The notes under the pieces: model-generated | Databases searched by the model: none | Told to the model about the DNA's origin: nothing | Seen by the model: only the letters and a program-made list of their open reading frames with translations | Made by a program: the position numbers and the translations under genes | Assembly (NCBI RefSeq): GCF_000143415.4 | Contig: NW_003314269.1 | Location: 3,031,060 to 3,095,059, forward strand | DNA: 64,000 nt | Reading direction: 5' to 3' | Source: Selaginella moellendorffii | Taxonomy: Eukaryota; Plantae; Lycopodiophyta | Shown here: positions 11,465 through 22,665 of the stretch, one piece after another | Layout: the number at the start of each line of letters is the position of its first letter | Position numbering within the stretch: position 1 is the stretch's first letter

Positions 11465-14400
11465 TTATGCCAAGGAGCTCTCCAGCTCTACAAGGAGGTC
11501 CTGGTACTCGACAAAATCTCGATGCGACTGCAGGCAAACTTATCAGTCTAATAACACAGGATGAGCATCACCATTACGTACTTTAAGTGTTCTGCTATAC
11601 GCTTGCCACAGGCGGACGTCACCACGGAAGATCTCCACCAGAAGCTGACAGGACGAGACACGTTAGAGAACGTTAACGGAATCAAGCATTCCAGGCCAAC
11701 CTCGACGCGCCTCAAAAGCGTCGAAAGCACCACAATCCATTCTCGGAACCCGACGGTACACATGTGTGCCAGCAAAAACTCGGCATCAAGCCTGTTCTGG
11801 AGGACGTCCATGCAAAGCTGCAAAGACAAGACATCACATACTTTAGCAGAGCCTAGAGTCGGCGAGCACTTACCTTTTCACTCATTGATCGAAGAGCGGA
11901 GGCGAAGTCATCTAATCTCGCTGACTTATCTCTTTCGGCCTGCAGAAATTTCTACAGAAGAGATTCCTTGAGTTAACAAAAGCTAGCCAGCTTTCTCTTC
12001 AGAAGCCTACCGTGAGATTGAACTGAGTTTCCTTGACAAATGCAACAAGATCGGACAGAGCTCTCCTTGACATCAAACCCACGGCATGATCCTCCAAAAT
12101 CTTTCTAACTGTGGACGTGAGAAGATCTGTCTCACTCAATGACGCCCTGAAAAGAAATAGAAAAGAGACAAATCAGAAAAAAAACACGAATTAGCTCACG
12201 GTAACTACCGTCTGGTCGACGACGGCAATCTAAGAAAGAATGTGGTCAATGTATTACTGTTACTTCTACCGAGCTCCTTATCAGAATTTTCGTACTCACG
12301 CCCGATTCTCAACAGAAACTGAACCTGCATGTTTTCACGGTTATTAAATAGGACCACGAGTTATAATGAAAAGCGTACCAATTCTCCAGCAAGTTCATAC
12401 ATAAATTCATCTAGTGTTGCCTGCAGGAACAGAAATTTCTTATTAAGAGAAGTGGAGAACGTTCCACACCTGTAGCAAACGAAGAGCTCCCCGTTGGCTT
12501 ACGGACGGACCTTCCAGTTTAGCAATCACCTTCAAACGACCATTCACCGATTAGAGAGTAAGACGCACGCATCTATAATAAATACCAAGATGTAACACGT
12601 TGCGGTATGGTAACTCTTTCTTTCAAAGCATTCCTCAAAAAGTCTGCGATCATTATCATCAGTACAATGTAGAAACAAGCATAGCAACTTACTTTGTAGA
12701 GTCTCCTGCGGCGGCAAAAAGTAGAGGCCAGTGACGACCATCTGTTTTCCTAGCGACGCTGACAACTACATCTGGATATTCTGGAAAATTGCGTATCAGG
12801 TCGCATACTTGCTCGAGGAGACTAGTCTTTTTTGTCGAGACTTCCAGGTTGGATTTGGGATTCTGTCTGTGAACAATAACATAAACGGCTAAACCAAAAC
12901 TTTTACGCGCAAGCAGCATACCTGAATATTGCACCGTCAAAGACTCTGAAGAGCAGCCATTCCAAAGAGTGAGAAAAGTGTGGATTTCTTGCAGACAGCT
13001 TTGCGAGCTGCAACGCCTCGTCTTGCTTGTTACGCTGTCAGAACAGCAGAGGACGTTAAACATCTCTTTCACAAAAAGTTTACACATACCTGAAGTAAAT
13101 GATGAAGCAAACAAGGAAGAATAGTTTCGGCTTGAGGAATTGGCTCAAAACACGGCATCTCGCTGCATGTTGATACCGACAAGCGTTGTGAGACCCCGAC
13201 AAGAACACCAGCAGAAGGGCAAAGAGCCAACGGATAAACTTCTCTATCGAACCCAATTTCAGGGTCCAGCTGGATAAACAAGGTCACGAGTCTCGTAAAG
13301 AAGCTACTTGTGCTGTGCAAGGCTTACCTGTGACGTTTTATCAGCCGACAAAGACGACGGGTACCAGACCTGGAGTTTCGTGTGAGAACGTACGTAACAT
13401 AGCTGGCACATTCAATGAAAGTACCTGCATTCCCTGGTGACCATACGCCCACCAGGATATTTCTTCCGCTAGACCCTTGATATGTGCATTGCCGGACGTC
13501 AGCCAGTATCTCTCGATACCAGTTGCAAGGCTTCGTTCACTGCCTTTGTCAAGGTCAAGTATTGATAGCTCTCCATCGTTACGCAAAACCACGCACCTAT
13601 AGCTCAAATACTTAGCTTGAGACTTTCAGAACAAGATGATTAACAAAAATGTACCTGCCAGGTTGCTGAGATGATTCCGGGCTTCTTTGTGGTGGTACTA
13701 ACTGCAGTGCCACAGGAGCCCTTTTGACACTAACAATTGACAGCTCTCGTACTGTGTCTAGCTGGCATGAACATAAACATTTTAGCACAACAAGAAAAGA
13801 AAAACCGAAGGTGAATATGTACCTGGACAACTGGAACCTTGAAAGGAGTTACATTCCCATCCATGGTGACACGAAAAATCCTCAGATCAAAAGGAGCAAA
13901 TGCAACGAGGATGTACTGCTGCCAGATGTCCATCGTTATAGGATTCCCAGGCAGCATCTTGCGGCACAACAGCGAGCTCTCATCAAGATGAAACCTTGGA
14001 TACAGACTTAATTCATACCTGTCAAGCGCAATGTATAAAATACGGGTCAAGAATACGAAATAGCTTACGAATCAGTCGCCTCACGATAATTGAGTAGAAC
14101 TATGATTTTGTCAAGCCAGATCAACTGGAAGCAGCGAATCTGCCGCTCTTGCGTTATGTCGCCAAAGACACGCCACCTCTTCATCAAAACGTCGTAAAGA
14201 ATCACACCCTGCTTGCCAGCTATTGCCAAATAGCTTCCGTCTTCGTTAATAGCCACATGCCTCACCGGCCAGCCTTCACTTATGTAAGTTTTCTGGAAAA
14301 GCAAAGAAGACAAGCAAAATAGTTGACGAATGAAATTGCCCATAACATACCGGAATCATCAGATGCCGTAACTTAAGCTCGTCTTCCTCGTCAAACTCAA

Positions 14401-15903
14401 CAAGGAGCAATCTGTCTTCTCCATAAAGTACATCCAGGATATGAGAACTCCCGGATACACATCGTTTTAGAGAACTTTTGGCGAAAGAAAACTCCAGAAG
14501 CCCCTTAACGTTTCTTGGCCCGGCAGCTATTAAGCTGAAGCCATGCGGTCCCCAAGCCAAATGTGCTGCACCATTTGCCAAAGGCTCATGTCTCGATGCG
14601 TCAACTCCAGATGAAGCAGGAGAAAATGCATTACTTACACTCCCTTGGCGGATGGAGCACATAAGTCGACAGCCCGAGACAGACCACACAGAAATCCCCC
14701 TGTTCTTCCATCCAACAGCAAGCGAAGAGTTATCAGGTGTCCAGCTCATGGACGCGACGGAGCCAGTGTCCTCTACGGAATACCTGCAAAACATAAACTC
14801 AGAAAACCCGAAACGACTAGGACGAAATGGATGCTTACCCCCAGTCCAAGAGCGAAATGGTCCGAATATGAGAGAGGTTATCAGCCAAGTTTAAGAGCTC
14901 GACTGTTCCACGTCTTGAGCCGACTGCTAGCAACTGGAGTTGCTGGCCGATGGATGTGCAAACAGCATCAAATATAGAGGCCCATTTTTCCGGCTTGATA
15001 TCAGCTGGGCTCCTACGGTCGATCGAGCACTGAAGGACACGACCATCGATAAAAACCACCACCAGCATTTGCAAGACAGTTGACGTTTCAAGTTGAACAA
15101 CTCCCAGGCCAGATGATTCCAAATTTCCATTTTCCACGGAAAGAGGCAGGATGCCGACTAACGGAACAAAGCCGCCGCGAAGTTTGACGTTCCCCACTTC
15201 CTGTAATGATCCAGTTATAACTAGAGAGTTTAGCTAAGAAAGGAACAGCTACCTCTCCCGTCCAAGACATCACTGTCAAGGAACCATCTGACAAGCCGAG
15301 GAGGATCGACGCATCGTCACTCGTAAGTCTGTAAAAGAGAGAACATCAAAACGAGCAAACCAGAGACCTGCCTTACGCTGTCACTCTTTGAGACAGTCTA
15401 GTGTTGAAGCCACATTTGAAATGGAGTAAGTCGACCGCATGGTTTGCATCGGCAAGCTTCTTGCCAGAGATGGCAATCTCATAGACAGAGAAAAAAAAGC
15501 CAGCAGTCTGAAGAATTCATAAGAAAAAAAGAGAGAACAAAGCGACATAGCATCAGAAACTATGGAAAAAAAAGGAAGAGAAAGAACTTACAATGACAGC
15601 AAGAGATTTTCCATCGGCTTTCCAGACCGCAAACGCATTTGGCCCTTCCTTGTCCAAAGATGACGCTTCTCTAACGCAATGCCCGAGCTTTATTCTATGC
15701 TGGAAGAACACCCAATGTTAAAAGCGCTCCCGCAAATCGATCAAAGAGAGAAAACAGTACGCTACCTGTGCGAAGCTCCATATTTCTATCTCGCTCTTGG
15801 TCACAACAAGCAGCAAATCCTCCAAGACCTTCAGATAGATGACGAATTGCCGCGACGAAGCTGACAGCGGGAAGAGCCTCGGCCATCCATAAGCCATCAT
15901 CAT
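11465..15903 (-). CDS. RIC1: RIC1 homolog (Ric1-Rgp1 GEF subunit for Rab6/RabH), WD40-like and RIC1 domains, many exons
   Basis: Starts MMMAYGWPR (plant RIC1 N-terminus); WTPDNSSLAVGWKNRGISVWSVSGCRLMCSIRQ, KRWRVFGDITQE, WWAYGHQGMQVWYP, LDPEIGFDREVYPL, SHSLEWLLFTV, VVVSVARKTDGRHWPLLFAAAG; last exon SHRDFVEYQDLLVELESSLA* (stop 11467-11465). Confidence 0.92.
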
Positions 15904-16178
15904 GGTGGCCGCGGGCGAGCGAGCACGCGCGATTTACAAAATCCACCGGGCCGCTGGCTACATTCCCGAATCCTCTCGCAAAATCCCACCCATCCTCCAG
16001 CGCTACCTGTAATCTCGACGCGAATCCTCCCAACGGGCCTGGATCTGCGATCTCTCCAGCTCCCGCATTGGAGATCGCCAGCTGAATCGCGAGAAACCCT
16101 AGTTAGGTTGACCACGAGGAGACTAAACTAAGAACAAAAAGCGCTTTTACTTTGTACAAGGCAAAATCAATTTTTTTC

Positions 16179-17883
16179 TTACAGCGCCATTGTTACTTCA
16201 CCGCTGTTAGTTACCGGCCTGCCAATCGCGAGCTTCACAGCCTTTCCTTCGAAATGGTTTGTGCGTCCATAGCTCATTTGCGAGATGTATAGTCGCCTTG
16301 TCCAATTCTCCTGCAATGCTTGTAAGCGATTAACTCTTCTTCAATTCTAAAATCCAAACTTACAAGCACAGACGAAGAAGATGAAGAGGAAGAAATAGAT
16401 TTCAGCAAGCTGAAAGAAACTAGAAGAAGAAGAAAGAGAGGCCTGAGAAAGTGAAAAACATACCTTGACTTGGTTGCTGGGAAATGATCCCGAGATCGAT
16501 GCTTGTTGCTCAGCAGCTGGAAAACGGCCATGTCCATTTTCTCCAGAGAAGGAACTAAGAACCACTGCTGCGTGCTCCGGAGTATTGCCAACAGCAGTGA
16601 TTTGGAAGCCCCGGCCACGGAGCCGATTAAGTCTATCCCGGGTGTAAGTGCAGTCAAGTTCTACGTACTGGAAATATTGAAAAAGCAAATGACTTAGAAA
16701 TTTGTGCAAGCGAGGCGAACCTGATCATTAAAAAACGTTGTCTTTGACATTACCGCTGCCCAGCGCTTGCCAGTGGCGGTGAGATTGGTCACGAAAAAGC
16801 CTTGACGCCACTTCTTCTTTATCCAGGTGAACGGGAACTTCCTGGATATCTTATACGACTGCTGAGTGTAAGGTGGTCCTGGCAAGAGAAACCAATTTAT
16901 AACTTTAAATGATTCCCAGACACGTACCTTTGGACATGACGAGTAGTGAATGTCCATTGCTAGCACCCGCTACCGCGGTAATGAAGTAGTTTTTGTTCCA
17001 GTGTTCCACGATCCATTCCTTTGCGTACAAAGCATGAGCCGTGACATCGAAAAGAAACATACGTTCGGTACCTTGTTGAGAAACACGGAAGAGATCAAGT
17101 ACTCTTGCGCCGTGAAGCCGGTTGAAGCGTCCAAAATGAGAGCCCATAGATTCGACGACGACGAGACGTCGCTGATGAAGAGATTATCCGAAAGTCCTTT
17201 TTCGACGTACTGCGCTACCCGGGCGTCTGCAACATTGTACATGTATCTATAGACACGAAATTATCAACGAAAACAGGAAAAGGAGCTTAAAAAAGCAATA
17301 GCAAATGCAACACAAGAGACAAAAAAAAGAAGAAAAAGCCAATGGAATGAAGCAAAACACTGCTAGAGAATGAAAAAAGCTAATGTAAGTCAAGAAAATC
17401 ATCAAAGAATGAAATCAAACTGACCGCTCCCAGAAAACAGGAGGAAAAGAAAAATGCTTCCAAGGAAACCATCAATGAGCTGAGATACGCAAAGGAAGTT
17501 CATTACATTCCATGCCACTCCGAGAAAGCAAACAAATAAGCAAAACAAACAAACCAACAAACCTCTGCTTCCTCATAATGCTCGACTGCGTGTACACCAG
17601 AAACCATTCGCTCGCCCCGCGTCCTTTCTTGCTCGGCTTGTTCCTCTCCTCCCCCTCGCCCTCGCCGACCCGATTCCGCTTCTCGCCAACCTAGAAACGC
17701 AGAATCCCAGGATCAATGCCGTGCCCGGGACGATTCTCGCCAAAAATCCTCACGAAAAAGGCAAAAACTCACCGATTCAACCGCCAGATCGCCGCCAGCG
17801 CTCGCGTGTCCCGCGAGATCGGGGCCGCCGAGCACAGCTTTGAAGCGCTCCACGAGCGCCAAGTAGGCGGCATCATCCGCCAT
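16179..17883 (-). CDS. Protein made only of the non-catalytic C-terminal domain of MUT9-like casein kinases (MLK/PPK/AEL family); no kinase domain
   Basis: MADDAAYLALVERFKAVLG.../VGEKRNRV...KKGRGASEWFLVYTQSSIMRKQR/YMYNVADARVAQYVEKG...NLWALILDASTGFTAQ.../EWIVEHWNKNYFITAVAG...LVMSK/GPPYTQQSYKISRKFPFTWIKKKWRQGFFVT...RWAAVMS/YVELD...ITA.../ENWTRRLYISQMSYGRT...*. Colinear with the MLK tail (KQRYHYNVAD...YTQQSYKVS.SFPFKWINKKW...EKWAKNLYIASICYGRT). Confidence 0.85.
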
Positions 17884-18368
17884 CCCCTCCTCGCCCAAAA
17901 GCCAAAGCGAGAGAAAACCCTAAACCCTCGGAGTCCCAGCGAGAGGGAGGCAAGCACGGGCATTTAAAAAAAAGATTCCTTGTCTCGCTTTCACTCCACG
18001 AAGGGGTAAGAGTACCTCACTTCCTACCAAACAAAACACCTTTTCTTACTTTTACTGTGCCCTTTTTTTTCCCCTTCTTTAAAAGAATGAATGGTTCTTT
18101 CCTGTACAAACTTTGATCGATCGTCGCTTTTGGCTCTCTTTTTCTTTTCTTTTTTTTTGTTCTTCTCCTCTTTTTTGCGTCGCCGCTGCAACAAACCAAT
18201 TGCGATGCTGCCGCTGCCACTGCCACTGTTGTGCGCCGCTTCCATCAAATCAAATCAAATCAATCAATGTTCCCCTCCACCTAACTTACCATTCTCCAAA
18301 AAATCTCTCCAATCAAAGTGCGTGGGTTATTACCACCTCATCATCGCCGCCAGCGTCTTTTGCTCTCG

Positions 18369-18760
18369 TCTCCTCCACCACTGTTCTTCCAAGTTCTCCA
18401 TCAGCGATCATCAAACGCTGGGATTGAGATTGGGATCGCCACCAAATCCTCCTCCTCCTGTTCCTATCTAGAACCTCAACCCAAACGTTCGCTCTTCTCC
18501 TCCACCACTGTTCTTCCATGTTCCAACTTTGATGGACCAAGCGATCCGCTCCCTGTTCCTGTCTAGAATCTCAACCCCAACGTCTGTCACCTCCTCTTCG
18601 CTCTTCTCCTCCACCACCACCACTCTTCTTCCAAGTTCCACCTTTTATGATCCAAGCACCCCGGCTCTTCTTCAGTGATCATCAATCTCATCACCGCTGG
18701 GATTGAGATTGGGATTGCCACTCCTCCTGTTCCTCCTATCTAGAACCTCAACCCAAACGT
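18369..18760. repeat. Degenerate tandem repeat, about 3 copies of a 110-150 bp unit, at the 3' end of the WRC gene
   Basis: Recurrent CTCCTCCACCACTGTTCTTCCA, GCTGGGATTGAGATTGGGAT and CTATCTAGAACCTCAACCCAAACGT blocks in units starting at about 18369, 18497 and 18607. Confidence 0.75.
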
Positions 18761-21375
18761 CGTCACCTCCTCTCCACCGGACTCGTCCTGCAGCTCCTCG
18801 GCCTTCTTCTGCCGCTTCTCGCTACCCCGTCCTACTCTCGCTACACCCAAAGACTGGCGAGACCCCCACGCCTCCCTCCCACTTGGATTCGTCGTCGGCG
18901 GCGGCGCCGGAGCTTTAAATCCATTCCTGTGACTAGCCTTTCCCTGCTTACCCCTACCAGTGTTGGTGGTGGTGACGTTGTTGTTGCCTTTGTTGCTATT
19001 TCTGTTGGTGGCGGCGGTGGCGTGGTTTCCAGCACTGTTCTTGGTGGTGGTGTTGTTGTTGGCCCGCTTCTCGGCTCGGTTTTTGTTGGGCCTCCTCGCC
19101 TTGGAGCCTGACTTTGCTCGCAACCTGTCCAGATGGTGGTCGCAAAGCAAGTACCCGACCTGTGCTAGCAGCGGGCAATGCCAGCCTTTGCCATCAGACC
19201 GGTTGCAGCGGTTCCCGAGACCTGTACTATCCTGTTGTACAGACTTCAGTCGTCGCTTCCGGGGCGGTTCCTGTTCACGCTGCTGCTGCTGCTGCTGCTG
19301 ATGCTGCTGGGGCTGCTTCTGCTGGAGTGCTGTTGCTGGTGCTGCTGCTTTACTATTCTCCTCGCTACCTGGTTTTCCCACTACTGACACTGCCAGACCA
19401 CTCCTGTCACGGATTGGTTTCCTTCTCGTTTTGCCTGTCCGCGCCCGTCTAACTGCAAGAGCGGCCCAGTTCTGGAGCTCGTACACCTGTTCCTTTACCT
19501 TTTCCGCCCCTGGGCCTTTGTTGCTTGCTTTGTCTTCTATGCCGGTTATTGCACTGCACAGTACAAACCTTGATTCCTCCAGCTCCATGAAGTAAGGAGA
19601 CGTGCGCACGATCTTCCCCACTTCCACCCTCGCCACCACGCTGCATTCCCCGAGCCCCGGAAGCTTTTCCTCGATGATCTTGGAGACGGCCTCCCGTGTT
19701 GTCAAGCCGTTCTTGCCAGCCTTCATGAATACCTGGTAGACTGAGGAGGCGAGTGTGTCCTTCGGTTGGCTCGCCGGGTGGTCGGGAGGATCGTCAGGAG
19801 GAGGCAAAGTTTTCGAGACACCGAGTGGTGCTCTAAGCATGGACGAAGCAATATCTGTTGCTCAAAGAACACAAAGAAATAAAGTCCAATTAGTACTGTA
19901 GCTATCAGGATAGCCACGTCCTTACCGAAAAAGCCATTCGTTTGCGGTGTCCTGGAAAGAGTCAAATAAGAACACGAGCTTTGCAGCAGTGGGCTGAGAA
20001 CTACATACCTCCTCCGTGCCTGCAAGTGGTCATCTTTCTGCAAAGACAATGTTCGCTCCACCTGGAATGGCTGCAAATCCAAGTTGTTAACGACCACAGC
20101 TAATGTGCAACAAACACGGCTTACAGTAACAGGAGCTCCAGCAGCATACAACTTTCTCCTCTTGGAGCAAATAGCACCCTGTAGATCCTTTGACTGCTTC
20201 ATCCCTCGCCTGCGAAGGGTCAACGAGTCGGACGTACTATCGCTCCCGTTTCCGTCCGACTCTGTAGAGGACTGGCTCCGCAGGCTGAAGGCGCGCATCT
20301 TCTCCATGCAGCTGGTTGTCAAGCTCGCGCAACTTCTCTTCTTCTCATCACTGCAATTCAACGGTGTCGCAGTCAGATACTCTTGCCGCAATGCCAGTTG
20401 AGTCCGGCACACGGGATTCGCCTTCTCTGACTCTGGACTCCCCCTCTCCTGCACATAGTAGCTCCCCAGCCGCAGGAGCTCCAAGTTCCTTCGTTGCAGT
20501 AAAGGTCCAGTTACCTCCTGCCCGGGAGAAAAGGTGCTTGTTTTCGGGCAGCTCCTCGGCCTCTGCTGCTTCCTCTTGCGCTGCTGCTGCCGCTGCTGCT
20601 GCTTCACCGTCGTCACACACCCTTGGGACGGCTCGAAGTCTTCCCGAGGCAATCCAAACGCGTAGACGTCGTAGTCCCCACAAGCTTTGGCCGGAGCAAT
20701 GGCGTTACCATTATCTGCATTACTGATTCCCGGGCTTAAAGACTTGCCTTTCCCGTTCTCCTCCGGCGAAGAGCCTTCACTTGGACAAACTTGCGAGAGC
20801 CCTTCGGAAGAATTCGACAGCTTCATGCACTGGCCACTGCTGCTGCTGGGCTTGGCCTTCGAACCGTCCGGGTCAAAAGAATCACACTGCTCAAATTGTA
20901 CCAAATCCATTGTACCCACTACAGCAACCTCTGCTTCACCACGTCTGTCATCCTCCACCTTGCAATCCCCTGCTGGAAATCCAACCTTGTCTTCCACAGC
21001 ACAAAGCTTCTCCTCTGAGGTGGTGCCGCTGCCGCTGCCGCTGGCGGCATTGCAGTCGACTACATTCCCAGCCGATGAGCGCAAAGGAGCGGTCGCTGTG
21101 ACGCCGCTGCTCTTGGAATCTCCGGAAGAATTCCCATGGAGGCTCCTCACAAACTCCTCAATCTCGACTTTGGGCTCCGGCGAGAACCCCTTCGAGGCCC
21201 GGAGCTTGTCCAGCCAGTTGGTCGACCTCCTGGATCTGGACAAACTGCCAGGGATGGCCTCCGAGCACGACGACTTTGAGTCTCTCTCTTGCAGCAGAGT
21301 TGCAGGAAGAACAGTAGCACTCAAGCTCTCCATCCGCTGCTGCTGCTGCTGCTGCTGCTGCCTTCGAATGCGCAT
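18740..21375 (-). CDS. WRC zinc-finger protein with a putative winged-helix (HARE-HTH-like) segment and poly-Q tracts; about 4 exons
   Basis: N-terminal NWLDKLRASKGF motif; GT-AG introns at about 20124-20062, 20008-19951 and 19925-19855; LASSVYQVFMKAGKNGLTTREAVSKII (wHTH-like); RCNRSDGKGWHCPLLAQVGYLLCDHH (WRC, C-x9-C-x10-C-x2-H). Start codon (21375 or 21333) and C-terminus are uncertain. Confidence 0.75.
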
Positions 21376-22665
21376 TCCCGGAGCATGAGCCACCCACAAG
21401 GACGACGACCAAGACACCGGCGCGGCGGAAGATCACTGCATACCTCCAACACTGTATAGCTTTAGCTTTAATCGAGGAGATGGAAACCGAGAAACTCGTC
21501 AGCCAAGAAACAAGAGCCCCCTCACCATCACCATCGAAGACTGCAGATGGAGCTTCTTCTTCTGCAAATCACCGGGTAGCTGATCTGACCACACACACCT
21601 TTAGCCCCTGCTCTCACTGAAGGAAGATCAAGCCCAGCATCATGAGTGAGAGCGAGTACCGTGAAAGCAAATGCCTGCCTGCCTGCCTGCCTGCCGTGTA
21701 CGTCGCCCAGGACTCCTTCCAGGAACCCAATTCATAAACCAGGAGCAACTTGCGAGCTTTGCTCCTGGATCCACCGAGTCCACCCATTGGCGATCCTTTT
21801 TGGCGAGGAGATGCAGTCCAGAGAAGCAAGGCATGGGGAAGAACAGCGACTCGTGCCACAAGAGGACGGCATGTCATAAACTTTGAAAGTTCTAGCTAGA
21901 TACCTCTAGGTGGATATTTCTTCCATGCAGATCGATTTCGATCTCTCCTACCAATATCACGAAAGCGAACGGAGACACTGCAGCGACGGGGGGGAGGAAC
22001 AAGACAAGGAGCTGCACCAGAGTGTTCTATGAAGAGAAAAGGGCTTGCTTGGATCGAAGAAACCGAGGTGGATGGGAGGAAAAATCCAACGAGCAATTAG
22101 CTCGTAATTGCTACACCGCTGCCGACGAGAACCTAGATTGCGAGGAAAAGTGGAAATCTCCTGCTGAGAGAAGCAAACAAGAACACATTCCCGGCGGCGA
22201 GCAAGATTCCACCGAGCGGCGAGGATTTTACGCGGATCCCGATGAGACGAGCTTGGAATCCGAGCGGCCGCTCGCTGCCGTGGCGCTGCGCCGCCGCAAG
22301 CTAGGAGGAGGAGAAAAAGCCCTCGCTGCCGCCATAGCCGAGCTCTCCTCCCTCCTCCACAAAATTAGGGTTTGGTTTGGTTTGATTGTAGCTAGCTCGC
22401 GCTTGGTGGTGCCGCAAACGCACGCACGACAAAGGAGAGAGAGCACGCACAAACACAGCTGGATGATGGTCTCACACACGCAAGGAGGTCAGGGGTTCGA
22501 TTCCCCGCTGCCACCCTGCCCCCTAGCAACGTCCCCATCATGTTCCTCTTGTGTGTCCTTTCACACACGCGATTTTTTTTCTCACCTTTTTTAATGCAGT
22601 GGTATCTTCGCGCGTTTATTACTGTTACTATTAATAAAGTATAAACGTATGGCCACTTGGGCCCT

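Noticed and set aside
22455-22515. Possible tRNA genes at the GGTTCGATTCC sites (also 3476 and 28018)
   Set aside because: No pairing acceptor stem, D-arm or anticodon arm, and no correctly spaced A-box; kept only as isolated B-boxes.
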